From assembly GCA_007375645.1 (NCBI GenBank), contig VMER01000003.1, positions 10,008-74,007 of the forward strand: a stretch of 64,000 nucleotides of DNA, given 5' to 3'. Source of the DNA: Parcubacteria group bacterium LiPW_15 (GTDB lineage: Bacteria; Patescibacteriota; Minisyncoccia; UBA6257; 2-01-FULL-56-20). Below the pieces are notes generated by a model. The model did not search any database and was not told the DNA's origin. It was given only the letters and a program-made list of their open reading frames with translations. Below, piece after piece: positions 10,431-21,072 of the stretch (position 1 is the first letter of the stretch; the number at the start of each line of letters is the position of its first letter). The position numbers and the translations under genes were made by a program.

Positions 10431-10631
10431 ATGCCAAACAAACCAGCCGAAAAACTTTTAACCATTGAAGAAGTCGCAGAGATTCTTCGAGTTAGTACCC
10501 GCTCGGTGAACCGCTATATCGAATTGGGAAAACTTAAGGCATCCAAGATTGGTGTATGGCGAATAAAAGAATCTGACCTGAACGCTTTCTTGGAAGATAC
10601 AAGCAATATCAAACCCAAAAAGAAGAAATAA
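10431..10631 (+). CDS. excisionase-family helix-turn-helix DNA-binding protein
   Basis: 66 aa; LLTIEEVAEILRVSTRSVNRYIELGKLKASKIGVWRIKESDLNAFLE matches the excisionase/AlpA-type HTH pattern; ends 4 nt before mod. Confidence 0.6.
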   Translation: MPNKPAEKLLTIEEVAEILRVSTRSVNRYIELGKLKASKIGVWRIKESDLNAFLEDTSNIKPKKKK

Positions 10632-10634
10632 TTT

Positions 10635-12203
10635 ATGCCAACACTAAACTGGATCGGAAAAGAAGCGGTAACAAACCACGACAAAGAGGTTCCTTTTAAA
10701 TTGCTTAAAAAAGTTAAGACCGCTTCGGCTGGTGACAACTCTCAAAATCTAATTATTCATGGTGATAACCTGGAGGCATTGAAAGCTTTGATGCCTTATT
10801 ATGTCGGCCAGGTTAAGTGTATTTATATCGATCCTCCTTACAACACTGGTAACGAAGGCTGGATTTACAACGACAAAGTTAATTCTCCCAAAATTAAGCA
10901 GTGGCTAGGCAAGGTGGTCGGCCGCGAATCAGAAGATCTGACGCGCCACGATAAATGGCTATGCATGATGCATCCTCGCCTAAAACTTCTACGGGACTTG
11001 CTTGCTGAAGATGGTGCAATTTTTGTATCAATCGATGACAACGAACAACACAATTTAAGATCACTGCTTAATGAAATTTTTGAGGAGAAAAACTTTGTTA
11101 CAAATATCATTTGGCAAAAGAAGTACTCACCACAAAATGACGCCAAGTATTTCTCCGACATGCACGACTTCATAGTTGTTTATGCGAAGCATAAGAATAA
11201 AGGAGCAGAAAAGCATGGATGGATAAGAAATTTAATATCCCGAACTGAGCGTCAAAATGCCAGATACAAAAATCCAGATAATGATCCTCGTGGTCCGTGG
11301 AAACCGGCCGATCTTTCAGTAAAAACTTATTCAAAGGCCTATGATTACCCAATCACTACTCCTAGTGGCAGAGTAGTTAATCCTCCCAATGGACGATCGT
11401 GGTCTACGTCGAAAGAAAATTTTGAGGCATGGAGAAATGATAATCGTGTATGGTTCGGAAAGAATGGAAAGAATGTTCCCTCTGTAAAAATATACCTTTC
11501 AGAAGTCCAAGGTGGTACAGTTCCTCTATCCATTTGGTTAAGAGATGAGGTTGGAGATAATCAAGAAGCCAAGCAAGAGATTAAAGAATTATTAGGTACT
11601 GAAAATTTTCCTTTTGATACACCTAAGCCGGTACGTTTAATAAAACGTATTTTGCAGCTTACAACTAATGAAGACTCCTTAGTCATTGATTCCTTTGCCG
11701 GTTCAGGTACTACCGGCCATGCCGTTTTAGATTTGAACAAAGAAGACGGAGGGAATCGTAAATTTATTATGGTTGAAATGGAAGATAAGGTTGCAAAAGA
11801 TATTACAGCCGAGCGAGTTAAGCGTGCAATCAAGAAATACGGTTTTAAAGAAGGTTTTGAGTACTGCGAATTAGACAAGCCCCTTTTTAACGAGCACGGC
11901 CAGATTGAAGATACTTGTGACTTTCGTCAGTTCGCCACTTATATTTACTTCACCGAAACTCAAACCAACATCGATCCGAAGAAAATTGACGAGAATTATA
12001 TCGGTGAACTTGGGACCACTGAGTATTACTTGCTTTATAAGGGCAAGAATAAAAACGATTTGAATAAATCATTTCTAAAGAAAATCAAAAAGACTGAGAA
12101 CAAAAAGGTCATCTATGCGGACCGATGCCTGATTGACGACGAGACGCTTGCCAAGCACAACGTCGCGTTCAAGCAGATCCCTTACGAAGTAAAAGTATAT
12201 TAA
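10635..12203 (+). CDS. mod: Type III restriction-modification system Mod subunit (beta-class N6-adenine DNA methyltransferase)
   Basis: 522 aa; DPPY catalytic motif (IYIDPPYNTGNEGW) lies N-terminal to the AdoMet motif FAGSGTTGHAV, the beta-class order typical of Type III Mod. Confidence 0.85.
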   Translation: MPTLNWIGKEAVTNHDKEVPFKLLKKVKTASAGDNSQNLIIHGDNLEALKALMPYYVGQVKCIYIDPPYNTGNEGWIYNDKVNSPKIKQWLGKVVGRESEDLTRHDKWLCMMHPRLKLLRDLLAEDGAIFVSIDDNEQHNLRSLLNEIFEEKNFVTNIIWQKKYSPQNDAKYFSDMHDFIVVYAKHKNKGAEKHGWIRNLISRTERQNARYKNPDNDPRGPWKPADLSVKTYSKAYDYPITTPSGRVVNPPNGRSWSTSKENFEAWRNDNRVWFGKNGKNVPSVKIYLSEVQGGTVPLSIWLRDEVGDNQEAKQEIKELLGTENFPFDTPKPVRLIKRILQLTTNEDSLVIDSFAGSGTTGHAVLDLNKEDGGNRKFIMVEMEDKVAKDITAERVKRAIKKYGFKEGFEYCELDKPLFNEHGQIEDTCDFRQFATYIYFTETQTNIDPKKIDENYIGELGTTEYYLLYKGKNKNDLNKSFLKKIKKTENKKVIYADRCLIDDETLAKHNVAFKQIPYEVKVY

Positions 12204-12207
12204 AACT

Positions 12208-14475
12208 ATGGAACTCAAACGCTATCAAAAAACTACACTGGAAACGCTCGAGCAGTTCTTGAAGGAATTGCACAAGGCCGGTCTGAAATACGCTTTCATG
12301 GGCATTACCGAGAAGCCCTATCGTGCTGAGGCATTCGGCGAAGTTCCATTTGTATGCATCAAGATACCTACCGGTGGCGGTAAGACTTTGGTTGGTTGCC
12401 ATGCGGTAGAAAAGGTTATGAGCGGAGCCTTGCAGAATAAGCTCGATCGCGGCATCGTGCTGTGGTTTACGCCGTCCGAAGCAATCAAAACTCAGACGCT
12501 AAAGAAGTTTAAAGATCGCAAAGACCCACATCGAAGAGTGCTTGATGAGGCGTTCGATAATAGCGTTAAGATTTTTTCAAACGAAGAAGCTTTATCTATC
12601 CGCAAAGCTGACGTTGCCGATAATCTTTGCATTGTTGTTGCCAGCCTTGAGGCATTCCGCAAAGAGAAGTCTTTGCAAAACAAATATAAAGTCTACCAAG
12701 AGAACGGCGCGCTTTTGGATCATTTTGAACATATTGAGGAACCGGATTTCCTTGAACGAGATAGCGAAGGCACGGTTATAAATTCACTGGCTAACGTGGT
12801 CCGGTTAAGTAATCCGCTAGTGGTAATTGACGAAGGACACAAGACAGCAACTAAGCTTTCTATCGATTTCCTCAAAGACTTAAACCCAAGTTTTATTGTT
12901 GAATACACTGCCACCCCACGAGATAACAGTAATATTCTTGTTGAAATTCATGCTTCTGAACTTAAGGACGAGCAGATGGTAAAGATTCCTATCGTTCTTG
13001 AGAGCGCAGCTCAATGGCAAAATGCTCTGACAAGAGGTATTGAAAAGCGAATAGAGTTGGAAAAGGACGCAAAGAAAATTAAGGGCGAATATATCCGGCC
13101 GATCGCACTTCTCCAAGCACAGCCCAAAAATAAGGACGGCAATACCATCACTGTTGAACACATAAAAGAGTTTTTGATTGAGCGAAAAATCCCAACCGAA
13201 CAAATCGCTATCAAAACTTCAGAAAAGAACGAGCTGGAAGGAGTTGATCTTTTTAGCAGGAGCAGTGATATCCGTTATATCATCACGGTGAATGCTCTGG
13301 CCGAAGGTTGGGATTGTTCTTTTGCTTATGTACTAGTTTCCGTTGCCAACCTTGGTTCAAAGATTGCTGTTGAGCAGATTATCGGACGCATTATCCGTCT
13401 GCCATATGCAAAGAAAAAAGCTAACGAAGACTTTAATAGAAGTTATGTTTTTGCATCAGCCAGGAATTTTAATGAGGCGGCAGAGCAGATTATTTCCGGC
13501 CTGGAAAGCAACGGTTATAGCCGATCAGACATTATCGGGGCCGATAAGAAGGATACCTCTTACGAATTAGAAGCGAAGAAGGCTATCTTAGATACGCTGA
13601 AGGTGCCGATGATGGCCTTGGACGGCGATCAATTAACTTTTGAAGATTTGGTTGGGAGCGACTTCGAGCTTTCAAAACAGGATTATAAATTTGAATTTCA
13701 AATCCATTACGATAACGACGGACGCGCCATTATTGATATCAAGAACGAAGACGAATGGATGCGTGGAAAGCAGATGTTTTTGAAACTTAATTACTCTGAC
13801 AAGAACTTTACAAAGAATGAACTGGTGCAGTGGCTGGATAAGAAGCTACGTTTTCCTCTTTTGGAAAAATCGGACAAAGTCGGTTTCCTCGATAAAGCCA
13901 TTGATTATCAGCTCAAGTCTCACACGCTTTCTGAGCTATCAGTCAATCGTTATGTCTTGGCCGACCGGCTAAGCGAAGTGATTAATGGCATTTTGGAAGA
14001 ATATGCCAAGGAACGCTTCGATTCGCTTTTGCAGAAAAAGAAAATCACTACAGAACCGTTCGACGCTTTCCCGGCCACCATTACTCTCAAACAAGCTATA
14101 CCGCAGGAGTTTAATAGGAATTACTACGAAAAGACAGATAAACTCAACCGCGAAGAGCTTGAGTTCGTCCAGCGTCTCGATCTCGACACACTTTCTAATA
14201 TTAAATATTGGGTTCGCAGCCGTGAGAAGATTGATCCGTTTTACATTCAGGGCTGGAAACGCGGAAAGTTTTATCCAGACTTTGTTGCTGTAACCAAAAA
14301 AGGAAATATTATCGCCCTCGAATGGAAAGGTGCGGATCGCGTAAGCAATGAAGATACTGCTTATAAAGTTAAGATTGGCGAGATTTGGTCGAATCTTGGA
14401 GGCAACAAACTGCACTTCTTCTTGGTGCATACCGGCAACGTAGAAGAAGTTCTAAAAGAAATAAAAGAGCTGTAA
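12208..14475 (+). CDS. res: Type III restriction enzyme Res subunit (SF2 helicase-nuclease)
   Basis: 755 aa; Walker A KIPTGGGKT; DEGH box VVIDEGHK; helicase motifs; directly follows mod after a 4-nt gap. Confidence 0.8.
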   Translation: MELKRYQKTTLETLEQFLKELHKAGLKYAFMGITEKPYRAEAFGEVPFVCIKIPTGGGKTLVGCHAVEKVMSGALQNKLDRGIVLWFTPSEAIKTQTLKKFKDRKDPHRRVLDEAFDNSVKIFSNEEALSIRKADVADNLCIVVASLEAFRKEKSLQNKYKVYQENGALLDHFEHIEEPDFLERDSEGTVINSLANVVRLSNPLVVIDEGHKTATKLSIDFLKDLNPSFIVEYTATPRDNSNILVEIHASELKDEQMVKIPIVLESAAQWQNALTRGIEKRIELEKDAKKIKGEYIRPIALLQAQPKNKDGNTITVEHIKEFLIERKIPTEQIAIKTSEKNELEGVDLFSRSSDIRYIITVNALAEGWDCSFAYVLVSVANLGSKIAVEQIIGRIIRLPYAKKKANEDFNRSYVFASARNFNEAAEQIISGLESNGYSRSDIIGADKKDTSYELEAKKAILDTLKVPMMALDGDQLTFEDLVGSDFELSKQDYKFEFQIHYDNDGRAIIDIKNEDEWMRGKQMFLKLNYSDKNFTKNELVQWLDKKLRFPLLEKSDKVGFLDKAIDYQLKSHTLSELSVNRYVLADRLSEVINGILEEYAKERFDSLLQKKKITTEPFDAFPATITLKQAIPQEFNRNYYEKTDKLNREELEFVQRLDLDTLSNIKYWVRSREKIDPFYIQGWKRGKFYPDFVAVTKKGNIIALEWKGADRVSNEDTAYKVKIGEIWSNLGGNKLHFFLVHTGNVEEVLKEIKEL

Positions 14476-14489
14476 ATTATGGAATATTT

Positions 14490-17400
14490 ATGGCAAAACG
14501 ACTTACCAGAAATGAAGATGCGCCGTTCTACTTCGAGAAATTATATGCAGGGATTTGTTTTTTAGACCTTCTCACAAGCACATCCTCTTTAGAGAAAATA
14601 GAAATTAAACCTGATAGGAAACACGGTTCCGTTAGAAGAATTGAAGATCTAACCAAATATCATACAGATGATAGTGTTGAGATTGTTCAAATTAAACACA
14701 CACTCAATCAAGGTACCAAATGGGGTTTCGCTGATCTTTGGGTAAGTAATATACGTCCAAAAACATCTTCTCGTCGCAAAGAAGGAACGAATATATTTAA
14801 GTTTTTAAAAAGTTGGCGCACCCATAAAGATAATGGGAAAAATGTTTCTTTAATTATAGCTAGCAATAAAATACCTACTAACGATCTAAATAGCCTGTTA
14901 AGAGATATCGGGAGAGTCAATAAAAGGAAGCTGTCTTGGAGAAAATTCCAAACTAAATATTCCACTGAGCTAAAAAATATTGAAGCAAATTGTAGTGAAG
15001 AACCATTTAGCAATAAAAAAGAATTAAAAGACTTCATTGGGGCGTTTCGCTTCCAAAAACTTCCCGATATAGAATCTTTAGAAAAGAGATTAGTAGTAAA
15101 ACTTAAAAAGCAAGGCGTTATCGATAATGACCGTGTAAATGCGTTCATAAATAGAGTCACAAAAACTTTTGTATCGGACCAAGTAGAAATATTCTCAACT
15201 CATGTTGCTAGTTTAATCGATCGATTAAAAACGGGTTTGATTCAGGAGATTATCGCGCCGCCAAATTACATTGAACGTCCTGAGTTAGAAAAGAAGATTA
15301 TTAAGGCAATAGAGATTAAGAAAAAGAATGGAGGGTTTGTTCTTTTATTTGCCCCTTCTGGCTCTGGGAAAACCGTATTACTTTCTAGACTAGCAGAGAA
15401 AAATCCGGATTTCTTTCCCTATTTTTGTCGCATTCGTCCTTTTGAAACTACAAAAAATCGGGCTGGCCATTCAAATACAAACAGACTAAAAAGCTCATGG
15501 TTTAAGGCAGACATCATTCAAAGATGTTTTGAATTTGGTTTATTGCCAATGTCTATAGGCGTAAACGATAATGAGGACTTTATTGATAAAACATTTGATG
15601 AGGCTTTAAAAAAATTGAGCGAAAAGGCACTTCAGAGACCAGGGAAAAAAATTGTCATCATCGTCGACGCATTAGATCAGGTGGAGACTGATAAATATAA
15701 GGAACGGTCTGTACTAGATGCAATACCATCGGTTAATTACCCCGGAGTAATTTTCTTATTAAGTACTTGGGGAGAAAAGTACTTACCTCAATCAATTAAA
15801 AATTTATCAGCGAATATAAAAAAAGAAATCAGTACTGATCTGTATTTTAGTGAAATAGAAACAAAGCAATATCTCGAGAAAGCAAATATCAGTTTGTCCC
15901 AAGACCAGGCAACAATAATTAAAAACAAAACCGGAGGATTAGCTATCTCACTATTTTACCTCAGCAAAAAGGTACAAGGTGGAGGGAGTCTCGATGAAGT
16001 AATTGGTTCGCAAGAACAATACTCTGAAGTTTTTGATTGGTATAAACCTATCTGGAATAGTTTTAATAATCGCGAGAAGGAATGTTTGGGATATTTATGT
16101 TTCCACTTTTCGCCGGTACCAAGGCAGGATTTACGCAACATAGTTTCCAAATTTAATACGGCAAGCTTCAATAATCTCATAGAAAAAATTGAACATTTTT
16201 TGGTTGCGAACAGCAACAGTCTTGAACCATATCATGATAGCTTTAGAAGATTTGTGGTGAGTAGGTTGTCGAAAGATAAGGACGCTTTTCACCAACGGAT
16301 CGCCAAATATTATTCTCAAAACACCCGGTTATTATATGGTCGCAAGTATACAATCAAACATTTAGAAGCAGTAGGCTTGTCGCAGCTGTCTGTCAGAAAC
16401 ACATATGCCGTGCTTCACAAAAATCAGTTTTTCGGAGAAATATTACGATCAAATATTGATAATCAAACCAAGGTTGAGGTTGGTAAGAGTTTTGTAAATT
16501 ATTTTTTTCAGACAAATAATATTGAACACTTGGTAAAGTATGCGGTTACTACCAGCGATATTTACCCGACAGTTCATGATGAGGATGTTTATTCAAAAGC
16601 TAAAATCGCAACCGATAAACTTCTGAAAGAAGTCGAAGAAGAATTATTACTCCCCAAAGGTGATCAGCCCTGGCTACGTCAAGAATGGGTCTTTAAGCGT
16701 CTGGCCATAGGGAATATTCTCGCCAAGAAAAAAAGCAAGAACTGTTTAACTCTAGCTCATCGTCTTATAGACGACAGCCTTTTCAGGATTTCTTTAGACA
16801 GAGAATTGCTCTGGGGAAATGATAATCGCTCTCAAGATCGTTTTTGGGATAATGCCGAGGAGCTTGCAACCGCATTGGTTAATATTGGTCGGTATAAACG
16901 AAGCTTAACTTTCCTAAAGAAAGAGATAGGTTTCAAGAAAAATAAATCCATTCTTCAAGGATTTAAGGGTAACTATATAACGAGAATTCATCTTCAGCAC
17001 CTTAAAACAAATATCGATGAAGCTTTAACAGCGATTCGTCGCGCGCCCAAAATAGAACGCCTTTTAACCTATTTGCAGATGGAAAAAGAAGGTATCAATG
17101 TGCCTAACAAGAAAGACTTTAAAACATTATTAGCAGATGAGAAGCTCGAGAAGTATTTATATAACGATAGCTATATCAACCAGTATCTGGATTTAAGTGA
17201 GGCTTTATTTGTGCATAACGTTAGGGGTCGAAAAGAAAGAATAATAAGACTATTAGACAAGGTAAAATTGGAAATCCCTTATCATGATCACGGGTACTCT
17301 TATTGGGGAACTCATGGAAACAACCGAGATACTTTCATGCGTTGGACGGCGTTACGGTCTTTGGTGGACAGAAGTTTCAAGTTGGGAGAGTTTTATTCAC

Positions 17401-19187
17401 AAGAATTAAAAAATAAATTTTCTAAATCAAATGATAATTCCGAGAGGGAGAATCCTGAATTCGTAAAGGTTTTGTCCATAGGGCAAGAATTAACGAAATC
17501 CAGATTACTTCTGAGAGCAAAAAAGATTATATGGCAATCCTTCAAAAAATTATTTGATAATAGTTTGAAATTATATAAAGAAAAAATTGATCAGATAAAC
17601 GCACAGCGTGAATCACATTATTCTGCGGACATACAAAAAAATTTATATCCCTACAGCCAAGATTTACACAACTTAATTGATGACAATATTTGGGAAATAA
17701 ACTCGCTGTTCCCAAATAAATTATTAAATTCTCTAGATAGATTGGAAAAAATATTCGGTCATGATTATGTTAGCAACAAGGCAGAACTTTTAGAAAGCCT
17801 CGTTTCTTTAACTACGCCAAAAACTTCTACATTAAAAGAAAAAATAGAAGGCTATTTGAACCGGGCTTTAGAACTGCGACAAAAAGAAGAGCTTGATAAT
17901 TTAAATAAGAGCGACAATTTAAAAAAACTGGCTGTTCTAGCTGCTCATAAAGGTTTCCCGGAAATGGCGGATGATATATTTGAGAAAAATCTTAAATATT
18001 CTCGCGGTCTCTGGAATAAAGGCGATCTAAGGATAACTAATCTTATTGATTCGGCGCGCACTCAAAAAAAAGAACATTTCGAACCAATCTTAAAATTAAT
18101 TGATCGTGTTTCTGATGTTATAGAAGGATCGTGGTATTGGAAACTTGATTTTTTGGAATCAGCCGCCTATGCCGATTATTCTCTGGCCCTGGATTATCTT
18201 TCTTCTTTTGTGATGAAAAGTGAAGTAAATCAAAATCAGGCTTTAGAGCGAATAATATCAACTTATATAAAACGTAATCCGTATAGTAAGTTCTCCGAAA
18301 TCCTCCCCCTTCTAAGATTGATGGATGTTAAAGAAGAAAACTCTTCTGATTATTTTGAATATATTACTAAAGCCTATCTTGCCTCCATAAAGTGGTCCTT
18401 ATTCAACAAAGATTACACAACAGCTAAAAGCCTGGCGCGGCAATACTATTTAATTCTTAAAACGGATGTTGAACCATCGCATAGAATGAATTTATTGAGG
18501 GACTTTTCTGCATCGTTAGCTGATCCGGAGTTAAAAACAATTCTAAGAGAGGTTGGCGTATATTTAAAAAAGTTGGAGCAAGAAGGATATCGAGCGGCTG
18601 AGAAAAGCAACTCTGAATTTAAAGTTAGTTATAAAGACTTAAATATTAAACAATTAAAAACTCTGGCCCAAAAAGGCCAGATTGAAGCCCTACAGAAAAA
18701 AATAAATGAGTACGCTAAAACGGAAGGTTATTTTACATACAGACTGATTACTGAATTAGTCCCTTCGCTTAGCGATAACGATCTTCAAAAAATTAGAAAA
18801 TGGGGATCAGAAAATAAAGTGAATGTGGACAGCCCCGAATTATTTGTGGCTATTTTGAAAAAGGCAGTCAGGATTAATAATAAGCGACTGATAAATAAAA
18901 CGCGATCAGAAATAATCCAATATTTGAAATCATCTGAACGTGATTACGGGTTAAGTGAGATTATAAGAGAGCTTGATAAAATAGACTTTCCGAAAAAGAA
19001 GGAGTTGTTAAGGAGGCTGCTATTATTGGGCATTTGCAGATTAACGGGAAGTGGTTACTACCTACCACAGTTTTTTACTTACACCTCCGAAAGCATTGAT
19101 TCATATTTTCCAGAATTAAAAGGATACGCTTTTTCAAGCTGGAAAAATATCGTAAATAAATCCATGCGCCTTTCTCTATCACAATGA
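14490..19187 (+). CDS. large STAND-like P-loop NTPase with an N-terminal nuclease-like domain and C-terminal helical repeats
   Basis: 1565 aa counted from the ATG at 14490, 15 nt after the res stop; Walker A LLFAPSGSGKTVL; Walker B KKIVIIVDALDQ; N-terminal 'TDDSVEIVQIKH' is a possible D...QxK REase-like motif; ~1000-aa alpha-helical TPR-like tail; very AT-rich. Confidence 0.6.
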   Translation: MAKRLTRNEDAPFYFEKLYAGICFLDLLTSTSSLEKIEIKPDRKHGSVRRIEDLTKYHTDDSVEIVQIKHTLNQGTKWGFADLWVSNIRPKTSSRRKEGTNIFKFLKSWRTHKDNGKNVSLIIASNKIPTNDLNSLLRDIGRVNKRKLSWRKFQTKYSTELKNIEANCSEEPFSNKKELKDFIGAFRFQKLPDIESLEKRLVVKLKKQGVIDNDRVNAFINRVTKTFVSDQVEIFSTHVASLIDRLKTGLIQEIIAPPNYIERPELEKKIIKAIEIKKKNGGFVLLFAPSGSGKTVLLSRLAEKNPDFFPYFCRIRPFETTKNRAGHSNTNRLKSSWFKADIIQRCFEFGLLPMSIGVNDNEDFIDKTFDEALKKLSEKALQRPGKKIVIIVDALDQVETDKYKERSVLDAIPSVNYPGVIFLLSTWGEKYLPQSIKNLSANIKKEISTDLYFSEIETKQYLEKANISLSQDQATIIKNKTGGLAISLFYLSKKVQGGGSLDEVIGSQEQYSEVFDWYKPIWNSFNNREKECLGYLCFHFSPVPRQDLRNIVSKFNTASFNNLIEKIEHFLVANSNSLEPYHDSFRRFVVSRLSKDKDAFHQRIAKYYSQNTRLLYGRKYTIKHLEAVGLSQLSVRNTYAVLHKNQFFGEILRSNIDNQTKVEVGKSFVNYFFQTNNIEHLVKYAVTTSDIYPTVHDEDVYSKAKIATDKLLKEVEEELLLPKGDQPWLRQEWVFKRLAIGNILAKKKSKNCLTLAHRLIDDSLFRISLDRELLWGNDNRSQDRFWDNAEELATALVNIGRYKRSLTFLKKEIGFKKNKSILQGFKGNYITRIHLQHLKTNIDEALTAIRRAPKIERLLTYLQMEKEGINVPNKKDFKTLLADEKLEKYLYNDSYINQYLDLSEALFVHNVRGRKERIIRLLDKVKLEIPYHDHGYSYWGTHGNNRDTFMRWTALRSLVDRSFKLGEFYSQELKNKFSKSNDNSERENPEFVKVLSIGQELTKSRLLLRAKKIIWQSFKKLFDNSLKLYKEKIDQINAQRESHYSADIQKNLYPYSQDLHNLIDDNIWEINSLFPNKLLNSLDRLEKIFGHDYVSNKAELLESLVSLTTPKTSTLKEKIEGYLNRALELRQKEELDNLNKSDNLKKLAVLAAHKGFPEMADDIFEKNLKYSRGLWNKGDLRITNLIDSARTQKKEHFEPILKLIDRVSDVIEGSWYWKLDFLESAAYADYSLALDYLSSFVMKSEVNQNQALERIISTYIKRNPYSKFSEILPLLRLMDVKEENSSDYFEYITKAYLASIKWSLFNKDYTTAKSLARQYYLILKTDVEPSHRMNLLRDFSASLADPELKTILREVGVYLKKLEQEGYRAAEKSNSEFKVSYKDLNIKQLKTLAQKGQIEALQKKINEYAKTEGYFTYRLITELVPSLSDNDLQKIRKWGSENKVNVDSPELFVAILKKAVRINNKRLINKTRSEIIQYLKSSERDYGLSEIIRELDKIDFPKKKELLRRLLLLGICRLTGSGYYLPQFFTYTSESIDSYFPELKGYAFSSWKNIVNKSMRLSLSQ

Positions 19188-20680
19188 ATACACTAGAATT
19201 TCTTTCAACTTATTTAAAATCACCAATCATTGCATATCGCAATAAATCTTTATTGTGCTTATTTGAAAATTCTAAACGTGATCAAAGAACAATAAACCAA
19301 TTAGGGCTAAATCTAAATTCAGATAACCTGGATATTGTTTTGAACAGTCTCCGGATCATATATTCCATTAGTCTTCTAGGAAATCCTAAGTTACAAACAA
19401 TTAATGGAAAAATCGCTAAGCTCGGATTGCAGACAAATCACTTCACCATTGCATGTCTATGCAGAGATATTTTGGATGAAATTGGTAATAAGGTAGCATC
19501 CAAAGCAAAATCTATTACTAAAATAATTACACCTGAAATAATTGAGCCAGTTGATGAAGAAATGTTCTTTGATAATTGTGATTACTCTCTTGAGTATTCC
19601 TTAGGGGCTAAAGATTATAAATATGAGCTGTCCCATATTTGCAGGACTTTTAGATATGATTGCAAGAAAGCGGCTAAGCAAGTATTCGCCAATATGAGAA
19701 TACTTGGGTATAGAAAAAAAGTTCAATATTGGAAAGAGCGGCCATCACGCTGGCAGCATGATTTCGAGGGTAATCGATATGAAACCAGGCTAAATTATTT
19801 TGCTAGACATGCAATTCAAATGTTTTTAATGTGGTGCGTCCAAAACTTATCAACTACAGAAAATGATTGGTTAGAACTTCTAACAAGCCAACGAAAATGT
19901 GATGCTTCTTTGCCAAAATTAAGCATACAAGAAAGACCGCATTTCGTACGATTTACAGATTTAGAAATAAACACGGAGAAATGGATAAAGGGCAGAATTA
20001 AAAATCGTGATGCCTATGAGCTTTTTGATCCGAAAGCAAAATGGTTTCCGCTATACGAAAGCACTGACTTCAAATATGAAGATAAAGCATTTAATAGGCA
20101 CATAACCACCTGTTTTATTAAACCTCCAACATTTAAAATTTCAAAGAAACTTGAATTTTCTACACCAAATTACAGCTGCCGAAATTCCTACATAAATGAA
20201 CTGCCTATAAAGGCAAGGCAGAATGGTAGGTTATATTTGGACGATTCTGGTAATCGACACGATGAATTAAAAGACAAGTTACTTCCTTCATACGGGATTG
20301 TTTCTGAGGACTTTGATGATTGCGTTAAACTTTTTCCCGCCCCAGAAATAATAGAGCATTTCAAGTTATCACAAAGAAAAAATACGTTAAGTTATTATAA
20401 AGGGTCAGAGCTGGTTGCTTATTGTGTTAATTGGCAGGATGGTTATTACCGTAATGTAGGACGACAAGGAGAAGATAAGTTTGAGCTTGCTAACCACGGT
20501 CATTTATTGATGGTAAAGACTAAGTATATTAAAAAGTATTTAGCCGATAAAAATTTGAGGTTGTTAGTAATGGGCAATGTTTGGAAAAGAAAAGTAGATA
20601 AATGGTCCCATGAGGGTGATTACAGTAATAAAAAAACCTCAAAACATAAGTGGTTATCTTTTGAGATAATTAAATTTTAA
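19184..20680 (+). CDS. hypothetical protein translationally coupled to the STAND NTPase
   Basis: 498 aa; its ATG overlaps the NTPase stop (ATGA); no recognisable motif. Confidence 0.5.
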   Translation: MNTLEFLSTYLKSPIIAYRNKSLLCLFENSKRDQRTINQLGLNLNSDNLDIVLNSLRIIYSISLLGNPKLQTINGKIAKLGLQTNHFTIACLCRDILDEIGNKVASKAKSITKIITPEIIEPVDEEMFFDNCDYSLEYSLGAKDYKYELSHICRTFRYDCKKAAKQVFANMRILGYRKKVQYWKERPSRWQHDFEGNRYETRLNYFARHAIQMFLMWCVQNLSTTENDWLELLTSQRKCDASLPKLSIQERPHFVRFTDLEINTEKWIKGRIKNRDAYELFDPKAKWFPLYESTDFKYEDKAFNRHITTCFIKPPTFKISKKLEFSTPNYSCRNSYINELPIKARQNGRLYLDDSGNRHDELKDKLLPSYGIVSEDFDDCVKLFPAPEIIEHFKLSQRKNTLSYYKGSELVAYCVNWQDGYYRNVGRQGEDKFELANHGHLLMVKTKYIKKYLADKNLRLLVMGNVWKRKVDKWSHEGDYSNKKTSKHKWLSFEIIKF

Positions 20681-20751
20681 TTAATCCAATTGAACGACGA
20701 TTCGTGACGTAGGTGCGACAGAGCGTGAAGTAGTTGATATCTGCATGACCA

Positions 20752-21072
20752 ATGTCAACAAAAATGCCAAAACAGTTGATATTAATATTATGCAAAGAAT
20801 ACATAAAATATTTAAAAGATAATCCGCAGGGCTATTGGTTCAAGGCGCGACTCTACGGTTGGGGCTGGGTGCCGGCGAAATGGCAGGGGTGGCTTGTTGT
20901 GGCTATTGGCGTAGCTATTTTTATTGCCGGTATTTATGTTGGAGATACCGATGACGCACCAGGTGCAGCTCTCTTGGGTTTTCTACTAATGATTGCGCTT
21001 ATATTCACCTTTGGTTATTGGAAAGGAGAAAAACCACGCTGGCAGTGGGGATCGCCTAAAAATAAGGAATAA
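20752..21072 (+). CDS. small membrane protein
   Basis: 106 aa with two TM helices and a W-rich loop; C-terminal motif DDAPGAALLGFLL shared with the ORF at 24136. Confidence 0.35.
   Translation: MSTKMPKQLILILCKEYIKYLKDNPQGYWFKARLYGWGWVPAKWQGWLVVAIGVAIFIAGIYVGDTDDAPGAALLGFLLMIALIFTFGYWKGEKPRWQWGSPKNKE

Noticed and set aside
14385-14489. Upstream Met start for the 1565-aa NTPase overlapping the last 90 nt of res
   Set aside because: It would overlap res in another frame; the ATG at 14490 just after the res stop gives a compact operon arrangement
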